This document shows, in pieces, positions 8,453 to 16,275 of a stretch of DNA of 49,236 nucleotides. The number at the start of each line of letters is the position of its first letter. The stretch's first letter is position 1. The DNA is from Candidatus Magasanikiibacteriota bacterium (lineage in GTDB: Bacteria > Patescibacteriota > Patescibacteriia > Magasanikbacterales > GWA2-37-8). The notes beneath the pieces are model-generated. The model was not told the DNA's origin. It ran no database searches and worked only from the letters and a program-made list of their open reading frames with translations. Both the position numbers and the translations under genes were made by a program. The stretch covers positions 1 to 49,236 of the forward strand of contig JACRFW010000054.1 in NCBI GenBank assembly GCA_016234265.1, in the 5' to 3' direction.

Positions 8453-9019
8453 TTATTGACCCTCACTTCCCGCTTGAATCTTTAATACCTGCTCGCGCGC
8501 GAGCGCCCAAGCGGCTAATGTCGGCCCGGCCCAAATCTGACCCTGGCGGATCATGTCTTCAAACTCATCCACACGCCGCTCAATAACTTCAACAGATTCA
8601 TCAACATCTAAACGTTGTCGGCCGGAAGCGACGGCCTCATAGGCCACAAAAATATGTACTGGATTCATAAAATAGGCGGGCAGAGGTTCAAATGAAGCCA
8701 CACTCACAAAATCATCGGCTTGATAGCCAGTTTCTTCTAATAACTCCCTCTGGCCGGCGAAGAGCGACGATTCCCCAGTTTCCATGGCGCCAGCGGGAAA
8801 TTCAATGGACAATTTGTCTGCGAGGTAGCGATATTGCACAACGAGCACGAGCTTGCCCTCGGCAGTGACCGGAACCGTTATTACCGCTCCAAGCTTTTCA
8901 CCATAATAATATTCAGTGGGCGCGCCAGTGGGCAGCGAGCAGACGTCGTGCTTGTACGACCAGCGAGGATTTTGATGAATGACTTCAGAAGATATCTTTT
9001 TCAAATGGCGAGTGGTCAT
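8453..9019 (-). CDS. NUDIX hydrolase (ADP-ribose pyrophosphatase-like)
   Basis: EFPAG...GE...QRELLEETG Nudix box. Confidence 0.9.
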   Translation of the reverse strand: MTTRHLKKISSEVIHQNPRWSYKHDVCSLPTGAPTEYYYGEKLGAVITVPVTAEGKLVLVVQYRYLADKLSIEFPAGAMETGESSLFAGQRELLEETGYQADDFVSVASFEPLPAYFMNPVHIFVAYEAVASGRQRLDVDESVEVIERRVDEFEDMIRQGQIWAGPTLAAWALAREQVLKIQAGSEGQ

Positions 9020-9420
9020 ACAAATAATTTGGCTATTTCTTTAACGTCCCCAGCATCTTTGCTCCTGACAATTGAATGCATTGACCCGCCGCCATCGCCC
9101 TCGTAGCGCGGAATAATGTGCCAGTGCACATGGGCCACGGCTTGGCCGGCGGCCGAGCGCTCGTTAATGCCAATATTCAGCCCATCAGGGGCTAGTACCT
9201 GCTCTAGGCGTTTTATGGCCCCCTGAAGACCCCCTGATAGCTGCTGCCATTCTGCCGTACTCATATGAAGCAGACTGGCAAAGTGTTTCTTGGGGATAAC
9301 CACCATGTGCCCCTTTGCGCAGGGGTGAATATCTAGAAAAGCCAAAACGTGCTCATCTTGATAGACGGTGTAATTTGAAATATCACCGGCCGCGATTTTG
9401 CAGAAGAGACAATCGGACAT
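9016..9420 (-). CDS. HIT family nucleotide hydrolase
   Basis: CLFCKI and HVHWHIIPR histidine triad. Confidence 0.95.
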   Translation of the reverse strand: MSDCLFCKIAAGDISNYTVYQDEHVLAFLDIHPCAKGHMVVIPKKHFASLLHMSTAEWQQLSGGLQGAIKRLEQVLAPDGLNIGINERSAAGQAVAHVHWHIIPRYEGDGGGSMHSIVRSKDAGDVKEIAKLFV

Positions 9421-9430
9421 ATCTGTCGGT

Positions 9431-9513
9431 TGTCATTCCCAACTTGATTGGGAATCCATCGCCAGACTTTTTTCCGAGTTTGCCTATGGATTCCCGCTTT
9501 CGCGGGAATGACA
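9431..9513. repeat. Family A copy 3
   Basis: Near-identical to 7781-7863. Confidence 0.9.
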
Positions 9514-9536
9514 GCCTGATTACTTGAGTTAAATTT

Positions 9537-11621
9537 TTATTTAGGATACCACCAAACGCCAATATTGCCAAACTGTTTTTCCGGTGCGATGCCGAAGCGA
9601 GAAATAGCGCCTACATAGGTGCATCTTTTGACACTGGTGAGACGCAAGGCTTCCTGCCAATCAGAATCCGAGCCGGAGAAATTGCGATAGAGCGAAACGA
9701 GCTCTGGTTGGCTAAAATATTGATTGATAGAGAAACCGCCGCCGATAATGTCTTTACCGGAGAGCGCTTCAAGCGCGAGCAGGGGGTAGGCACCGGCGAT
9801 AACGCAGTGCCGAGAACTATTTTTTTCCTGACTCCAGACGTATTGCATCGCGGCATATTCGCTGGCGTTCACGGTGCTCGTGTCGGGGCCAAGTGAATAG
9901 GAAGCGGCAATGGCGAAAGTCAAAAGGAGAACTACGGGTGCAACAAAGCGTTTTTTGAGAGAGAAAAAATTGAGAACGGTGAAAGCAGCCAACACAAAAA
10001 ACAAAAAAAAGAAGGCGAGAACCGGATCAAGCCGTCGGGTGAAAATGTTCTCCCCGGCTAACAGATAGCGGGAAATAAAATAGGAGAGGAATAAACTACC
10101 ACCGAGAGCCGCGAGCCACTGGTATTCCCGGCTTTGTTTTTTGAGACACAGAATAAACCCATACGCGACGGCGACCAAAAATAGCGCCATGAAAGCGACC
10201 AGCCACCAGCGCCAGAGTGTCAACGCATTGGGCACGAAAGCGGCTAGCGGAGTCTGATTAAAAATAATATTGCCCGTGGTGATATCCCCTGCCCGTGGGC
10301 CGATGGCAAGATACCAAGCGCTGAGATTGGCTAAAAATTGTTTGACATATACTACCTGCCGAAGCTGATGGAACCAGTTACCGGGCGGGGTGAATTGACT
10401 ATAGTGAGTGATGAGTTCAACGGCAGGCAAAACGAGGGCAGTGAGTAAAGCCAATAAGCCCGTGGAGAAAATTTTAAACATCGAACGCCGAACATCGAAC
10501 TTTGTGATTGCTTCGGCGAGCGCCCAGCCGAGCCAGAAGAGAATAAAGTATAAGGTATAATTAAAAATTGATAGTACGCCGAAAACCAAGAGAAACGGCC
10601 ACTGCCGATGCTCTGGCTGCCCAATTCTTTTGAGCAATAAAATCACGGACAGAAGCCAGATCAGGAAACCAAAACTCACGGGCAAAGTGAGAGAGCCGAG
10701 GGCTTGCCAGGTGAAAGGCAGGGCGCTCAACCAAACTAAAAATAACGATGCTCGGTCGCTCCAGCCGAGTACCGACCCCAACTCAAACAAAATAATCGGT
10801 AAAATGAGCGACCAGAGAATTGGCACGAGCCATTTGTTAAGAGCGATGAGATCAACCGACGTGACGCGAGCGATGAGCGCGGATACCCCCCAGAAGGAGC
10901 TGTAGGCCAGGGTGCTCACATTCAACCCGGAGGAATTGATAGCCAGTTTACCCTCCAGCGTATTGGCAGGGGCGCTTAACCTGGCCGCTTCAAGAGGCCG
11001 CTCGGCCACAATTCTTGTCTCCACCGCCACATGGCGCCACTGGTCGGCCCCGTAGAACAATTGATGCGTGAGCGGCAAGTAACTGTGCAGCAACGCCCCG
11101 TGGATGATGAGCAATCCCAAAATAAATGAGACCGGGAGTTTGGAAAAAACTAATGCGCCGACAAGCAGAGTCGCCGACGCAAAGATATAGATATAAAGCG
11201 GGTCAATGGTTTGCCACGGGGTAAGAAGGCTCACGGCGCTTTGTGAGGTATGAAGCAGATAAAAACCGTACCCGGCCAACACCAAGTAGAGTATGGCACC
11301 CCACCAGGCAGCAGTCGGCGGTTCCAATTCGGTTTCCGTCTCATCCCCTTCTATGACTATGACTTCATCTTTTTTTATTAACAATCTAAGAACTAAAGTA
11401 ATTAAAAAGTTTACTATGAGAATGGCTATGATTGCCGGAAGATTTAGTTTAAAAAAAACTACAGCGGCCCCGGCGAGAAAACTCGCCAGCGAAAAACTGA
11501 AAAACATACCCAAAATGGCAGTGCGCCAGGTTTTTTGGAAATTGAATGAGCCGGTCGGGAGCGGCTCGGCTAAAAAACCGGTAAAAATGAAATACGCCAA
11601 CAAAATAAGCGGAAATAACAT
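9537..11621 (-). CDS. Polytopic membrane protein, possibly GT-C-type glycosyltransferase
   Basis: Many hydrophobic segments; GADQWRH motif in a loop. Confidence 0.6.
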   Translation of the reverse strand: MLFPLILLAYFIFTGFLAEPLPTGSFNFQKTWRTAILGMFFSFSLASFLAGAAVVFFKLNLPAIIAILIVNFLITLVLRLLIKKDEVIVIEGDETETELEPPTAAWWGAILYLVLAGYGFYLLHTSQSAVSLLTPWQTIDPLYIYIFASATLLVGALVFSKLPVSFILGLLIIHGALLHSYLPLTHQLFYGADQWRHVAVETRIVAERPLEAARLSAPANTLEGKLAINSSGLNVSTLAYSSFWGVSALIARVTSVDLIALNKWLVPILWSLILPIILFELGSVLGWSDRASLFLVWLSALPFTWQALGSLTLPVSFGFLIWLLSVILLLKRIGQPEHRQWPFLLVFGVLSIFNYTLYFILFWLGWALAEAITKFDVRRSMFKIFSTGLLALLTALVLPAVELITHYSQFTPPGNWFHQLRQVVYVKQFLANLSAWYLAIGPRAGDITTGNIIFNQTPLAAFVPNALTLWRWWLVAFMALFLVAVAYGFILCLKKQSREYQWLAALGGSLFLSYFISRYLLAGENIFTRRLDPVLAFFFLFFVLAAFTVLNFFSLKKRFVAPVVLLLTFAIAASYSLGPDTSTVNASEYAAMQYVWSQEKNSSRHCVIAGAYPLLALEALSGKDIIGGGFSINQYFSQPELVSLYRNFSGSDSDWQEALRLTSVKRCTYVGAISRFGIAPEKQFGNIGVWWYPK

Positions 11622-11781
11622 AGGGTCGCTGTGTTTGAAGTATAGCAGGTTTCAAGGAAAAGAGAAGCGTACCGAAGCTACCCACCGACTCCTCACATTT
11701 CTTCCCCATCACCCCTTGTCTAAAGGGGGCACTTCGGTTACCATAGAAGAACTTAAAAACCTACGGTTGGTTTTGTTTAAT

Positions 11782-11853
11782 TGTCATTCTGAGTGAAACG
11801 AAGAATCCCTTAAACTCATAGGCAAGGGATCCTTCACTTCGTTCAGGATGGCA
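11782..11853. repeat. Palindromic element family B (TGTCATYCTGA...TCAGRATGRCA)
   Basis: tgtcattctgagtgaaacgaagaatccc...gggatccttcacttcgttcaggatggca upstream of dnaB. Confidence 0.85.
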
Positions 11854-11860
11854 GATCGTT

Positions 11861-13315
11861 ATGGCGCTTGATGATATTGAAAAAATTCCACCCCAGAGTC
11901 TGGAAGCCGAGATGTCATTCCTCGGATCGCTTTTGATTGACAAAGACGCCATGCTCAAAGTGGCCGATATGGTGCGCGTGGAGGATTTCTATAAAGACGC
12001 GCACGCGAAAATCTTTGAGGCAATAATGGAGCTCTACGCCAAGAACGAACCGCTGGATCTCCTAACTTTAAGCAACCGGTTGACGGAAAAAAATCACCTG
12101 GAGAGCGTTGGCGGGCGCGGATACCTCGCGGCACTCACCAATACTGTCCCCACCTCTTCAAATGTGGCGCACTACGCGAATATTGTCCATCGTAAGGCGA
12201 CGAGGCGGCGGCTACTTTCCGCTTCGCAGGAAATCACTCGCTTATCGTACCAAGAGGAGGTAGACGATTTGGAACGCGTTTTGGACCAGGCGCAACAGCA
12301 TTTATTCGGCGTTTCCCAAATTTATTTCAAACAATCCTTTACGCCTATTCGCGGGGTTTTGGCCGATGCCTTTGACCGTATTGACGAACTGCATAAAAAT
12401 AAAGGGCAGCTGCGCGGCACGCCGACCGGTTTTAGAGCTCTAGACAACCTGCTCGCGGGACTGCAAAAATCTGATCTCGTTGTTTTGGCCGCCCGGCCAT
12501 CGGTCGGTAAAACGTCATTGGCATTGGACATGGTGCGCCATATCGCCACCAAACAAAAAATATCCGTTGGCCTGTTTTCTCTGGAAATGAGTAAAGAACA
12601 GCTGGTAGACCGCCTGCTCTGTTCCGAAGCGAATGTAGATTTATGGAAAATGAGAACTGGCCGATTGTCGGACCGACCTGAAGATGACGATTTCCCGCGC
12701 ATTGGCCACGCCATTGGTGTTCTGTCTGAATCCCCTATTTTTATAGACGACTCACCAAACATCAACATCATGCAGATCCGCACCAAGGCGAGGCGTCTCC
12801 AAGCTGAGCATGGGCTCGGCCTCATCGTGATTGACTACTTGCAACTGATGGAATCCGGGAGCAATGGCAACAGCGATAACCGCGTACAAGAAGTGGCCGA
12901 GATTACCCGCGGCCTGAAAGGTATTGCTCGCGAGCTGAATATCCCGGTTTTGGCGCTGTCCCAGCTCTCGCGCGTGGTGGAGCAGAGCAAACCGGCTATT
13001 CCCAAGCTATCGCACCTGCGCGAATCCGGCTCCATTGAACAGGATGCCGACGTGGTGCTCTTTATCTACCGCAAATCGGCTGACCGCGGCTACCGAGCCG
13101 AGGATATCGCGCCGGACGAGCGCACCGTCGCCGAAATACATATAGCCAAACACCGCAACGGCCCCACGGGCCTGGTGAAAGTATCATTCAACGAAGCCTT
13201 TGCCTCATTCCGGAACCTTGATACCAGTTACAATGATCCGGGCAACGCGCCACTGAAGCCAAAGTCGGCGTTTTCAGCGCCACCAACTCCCGACCAAAAT
13301 ATTCCAGCTTTTTAA
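11861..13315 (+). CDS. dnaB: Replicative DNA helicase
   Basis: PPQSLEAE, AARPSVGKT, IVIDYLQL, LSQLSR, LRESGSIEQDAD, KHRNGPTG. Confidence 0.98.
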   Translation: MALDDIEKIPPQSLEAEMSFLGSLLIDKDAMLKVADMVRVEDFYKDAHAKIFEAIMELYAKNEPLDLLTLSNRLTEKNHLESVGGRGYLAALTNTVPTSSNVAHYANIVHRKATRRRLLSASQEITRLSYQEEVDDLERVLDQAQQHLFGVSQIYFKQSFTPIRGVLADAFDRIDELHKNKGQLRGTPTGFRALDNLLAGLQKSDLVVLAARPSVGKTSLALDMVRHIATKQKISVGLFSLEMSKEQLVDRLLCSEANVDLWKMRTGRLSDRPEDDDFPRIGHAIGVLSESPIFIDDSPNINIMQIRTKARRLQAEHGLGLIVIDYLQLMESGSNGNSDNRVQEVAEITRGLKGIARELNIPVLALSQLSRVVEQSKPAIPKLSHLRESGSIEQDADVVLFIYRKSADRGYRAEDIAPDERTVAEIHIAKHRNGPTGLVKVSFNEAFASFRNLDTSYNDPGNAPLKPKSAFSAPPTPDQNIPAF

Positions 13316-13326
13316 AATTAAAAAAC

Positions 13327-13434
13327 TGTCATCCTGAACGAATGTGAAGGATCTTCAAAATTGCGTCGCCAATCGTGTACGGTGAAGCATAAACGGAAGA
13401 TTCTTCTCCCGACTGAGTCGGGATCAGAATGACA
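13327..13434. repeat. Family B copy downstream of dnaB
   Basis: tgtcatcctgaacgaatgtgaaggatct...agattcttctcccgactgagtcgggatcagaatgaca. Confidence 0.85.
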
Positions 13435-13454
13435 ATTATATTTAAATAAACCGT

Positions 13455-13766
13455 ATGTCCATGTTTAGCAAACTCAAACAATTCAAAGATCTCCGTGATC
13501 AGGGTAAAAAATACCAAAATGTCATGAGTGGCGAATCTGTTACCGCCCGCTCTGGCGGCGACAGTGTGGTATTAACCATGGACGGCAACCTAGGCATAAC
13601 CGGGCTCGCGATCGCTCCGGAAATGCTCGCGCCGGATAAAAAAACTAAATTGGAAAGTGCCATTAAAGACGCTCATGCCGACGCCATGAAAAAAATGCAG
13701 AGAATAATCGCCGGCAAAATGCAGGATATGGGCGGATTTCCCAGCCTGAGCGGCGACAAGAAGTAG
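13455..13766 (+). CDS. ybaB: YbaB/EbfC nucleoid-associated protein
   Basis: About 100 aa, SGGDSVVLTMDG, directly upstream of recR. Confidence 0.85.
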   Translation: MSMFSKLKQFKDLRDQGKKYQNVMSGESVTARSGGDSVVLTMDGNLGITGLAIAPEMLAPDKKTKLESAIKDAHADAMKKMQRIIAGKMQDMGGFPSLSGDKK

Positions 13767-13768
13767 GT

Positions 13769-14362
13769 ATGTATTCTCCGTCCATCAGTCGCCTCATCAA
13801 AGCGCTCAAGAAACTGCCCTCGGTTGGTGAACGCACGGCCGAGCGGTTTGTTTTTCACTGGCTCAAATCGGGAAAAAAAGAAGTAACAGAACTGATGCTC
13901 GCGCTCAAAGACGTAATTGAGACGGTCCGAAGCTGTGAGGTGTGCTGGAATTTTAGCGACACGAGCCCATGCACCATTTGTGCCAACAAGGGGCGTGACC
14001 ACAATGCTATTTGCGTGGTGACTAACCCACAAGACCTGGCGGCGATTGAACAAACGAGCGCCTGGCGCGGGGTATACCATGTGCTGCGCACGCTTTTGGA
14101 TGTTACCGATGAAGACAGTTTGGAACGAATGAAAATAGAAGAACTCTTAAAGCGGGGGCAAACGGCCAAAGAGGTGGTGCTCTCGCTCAACCCTGATCTG
14201 CCCGGGGAAACGACTATGATGTATTTGGAAAAGGAATTAAAAAAAATAAACCCGAAAATTATTATCACGCGGCTCGCGCGCGGGTTGCCGCTCGGCAGCG
14301 ACCTCACCTACGCCGATGCCATTACGCTGGAAAGCGCGATAAAAAATAGGACGAAGAAATAA
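13769..14362 (+). CDS. recR: Recombination protein RecR
   Basis: LPSVGERTAER HhH, C4 zinc finger, TRLARGLPLGSDLTYAD. Confidence 0.97.
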   Translation: MYSPSISRLIKALKKLPSVGERTAERFVFHWLKSGKKEVTELMLALKDVIETVRSCEVCWNFSDTSPCTICANKGRDHNAICVVTNPQDLAAIEQTSAWRGVYHVLRTLLDVTDEDSLERMKIEELLKRGQTAKEVVLSLNPDLPGETTMMYLEKELKKINPKIIITRLARGLPLGSDLTYADAITLESAIKNRTKK

Positions 14363-14391
14363 CCCTCCGACGTTACGTCGGAGGGTTATTT
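14357..14391. terminator. Bidirectional terminator between recR and rplU
   Basis: AAATAACCCTCCGACGT-T-ACGTCGGAGGGTTATTT near-perfect palindrome. Confidence 0.85.
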
Positions 14392-14418
14392 AATTTTTAA
14401 TAGAGTATTTACTTTCGT

Positions 14419-14724
14419 TTAAGCGATCTTTACTTCCGTAAACCGCTGACGCTGGCCGTGAACCTTGTGGTAGCGCACTTTGCGCTTGAACTTTTCCACC
14501 CGGATGGTGCGGCCCTTTCCTTGCTTCACTACTTCGGCCGCTACTTTTACCCCGCTTAAAAAGGGAGTGCCAACTTTGGCGTCGCTGCCGTCATCGTTCG
14601 CGGTCAAAAGAACCTTGTCAAACGCGAAAGTCTTGCCCTCTTCTACGAGGAGTTTTTCTACTTTTAGTTTGGCGCCGGTTTTAACAAGATATTGTTTGCC
14701 GCCGGTAGCAATAACTGCGAGCAT
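14419..14724 (-). CDS. rplU: 50S ribosomal protein L21
   Basis: MLAVIATGGKQYLV...HGQRQRFTEVKI; start trimmed to 14724. Confidence 0.97.
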   Translation of the reverse strand: MLAVIATGGKQYLVKTGAKLKVEKLLVEEGKTFAFDKVLLTANDDGSDAKVGTPFLSGVKVAAEVVKQGKGRTIRVEKFKRKVRYHKVHGQRQRFTEVKIA

Positions 14725-14792
14725 ATACTGAAGATTGAAGATTAAAAGATTGTGTGAGAACAGTATATAGTAAAAAGCGCGAACAGTCAAGA

Positions 14793-15260
14793 CTAGAACA
14801 GGATTTCAATCTGATCACCAATTTTGAGACTGTGTGCCTTGATAAATCCGGCCGGGAGCTCTAGGACGAGCGTGGAGGGAAGCCGGGCGAAATAGGGTGT
14901 GAGCTCGGCCTCGCTTTTCCCTGGTTCCGGCAGCACATTTGGCGCCATATCCACAATGGTTCGACCATCTATCCAAATAATATCCAAAGGAAAAAGCATG
15001 CTGCGCATCACCATGGTGTGCTGTCTCCGCTCCGGAAAGACAAACAACATGCCGCCGTATGCACCCATGTCTTTACGTTTGCTCCAACCTGTTACCCGAT
15101 GACTTTGGGTATCGGCTACCAGCACCCGGAACTCTTCTCCGCCCAGACGAACAGTGTGCTTAGTCCAGAGCGAGCCGTAAATTTTAAAACCTACCGCCGC
15201 TAGGATGACAGCTGCGAGGAGTATGAGATGCCATTTTTTTGTTTCAACTGGTTGAGTCAT
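14793..15260 (-). CDS. DUF192 family protein
   Basis: VADT...GMLFVF...MLFPLDIIWID...VLELPAG. Confidence 0.85.
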   Translation of the reverse strand: MTQPVETKKWHLILLAAVILAAVGFKIYGSLWTKHTVRLGGEEFRVLVADTQSHRVTGWSKRKDMGAYGGMLFVFPERRQHTMVMRSMLFPLDIIWIDGRTIVDMAPNVLPEPGKSEAELTPYFARLPSTLVLELPAGFIKAHSLKIGDQIEILF

Positions 15261-16270
15261 ACCTGAATACTCTTTTTATTGCCGTACCAAGTAATGGCTA
15301 CCATGGCCAGGAATAGTAACACCAGGGCAACAACTTTCTCTCCGCTTTGAAGAAACAACGCCGAAGCGCCAAACACGGCCGAGAGTATATAGAGCCCAAG
15401 GACTATTTGCCGTTCGGAAAAACCACGATCAAACAATTGAAAATAGAGATGCTCACGATCGCCCTGAAAAATCGACTGGCCGCGACGGAGCCGCTTATAA
15501 ATAACGCGTCCGAAATCAAAAATGGGAACGGCCATGACCAGGAGCCCAATGGCCAGCTTGCCCCCAGAGATAACGGCCAAGACACCGAGCATAAACCCGA
15601 TGAAGAGGCTACCCCCTTCGCCTAAAAAAATACTGGCCGGATGAAAATTAAAGATAAGAAAACCCAGACAGCTGCCGGCGAACACGAGCGCGAGCAAACT
15701 CACATTGGGTTGGAAAAATTTAGCGCTTCCGGCGAGAAAATATATTATAACCGCTCCGATCCCGACCAACCCGGTCGCGAGACCATCCATGCCATCAGAA
15801 ATTTTAGTGGTGTACATCATCCCCATCAGCCAGACGAAAACAATGCTGCCGCCAAGAAGCCACGGCACTGAAATGATCCCGCCAAACGGATTAGTCATTT
15901 TGGAAAGGCCCATGCCGCCCGTGATAGTGAGTGCCGCGGCGAGCGCCGTCACAACCAAGCGCACGCCGACCGGGAGATTCCAGATATCATCAGCCAATCC
16001 GAGGAGAACAAGCAAAAGGCTGCCGATAAATACCCACCATAATTTTTGTTTCAAAATGGGGAGCCCGACGATGGGATTAAAAATAAGGAGATACCCGATG
16101 ACGAGCCAGAAAGCCAGGAAAATGGCCAGACCGCCCAGAAGCGGCATGGGCCTTTGGTGCCGTTTACGACCTTGGTCGGGCACGTCAACAATACCGGCAC
16201 AGCGAGCCAACGCGCGAACAATGAGAGTAAAAACAAAAGAGAGACAAAGCGAGAGAAAAAAATAGAGCAT
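15257..16270 (-). CDS. MraY/WecA (TagO-like) polyprenyl-phosphate sugar-1-phosphate transferase
   Basis: PLLGGLA, GLADD, DGMDGLA, FNFHPASIFLGEGGS, DREHL. Confidence 0.9.
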   Translation of the reverse strand: MLYFFLSLCLSFVFTLIVRALARCAGIVDVPDQGRKRHQRPMPLLGGLAIFLAFWLVIGYLLIFNPIVGLPILKQKLWWVFIGSLLLVLLGLADDIWNLPVGVRLVVTALAAALTITGGMGLSKMTNPFGGIISVPWLLGGSIVFVWLMGMMYTTKISDGMDGLATGLVGIGAVIIYFLAGSAKFFQPNVSLLALVFAGSCLGFLIFNFHPASIFLGEGGSLFIGFMLGVLAVISGGKLAIGLLVMAVPIFDFGRVIYKRLRRGQSIFQGDREHLYFQLFDRGFSERQIVLGLYILSAVFGASALFLQSGEKVVALVLLFLAMVAITWYGNKKSIQV

Positions 16271-16275
16271 AGCTA

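Noticed and set aside
6982..9513. Possible CRISPR array
   Set aside because: Repeats are dispersed between genes, with no regular spacers and no cas genes
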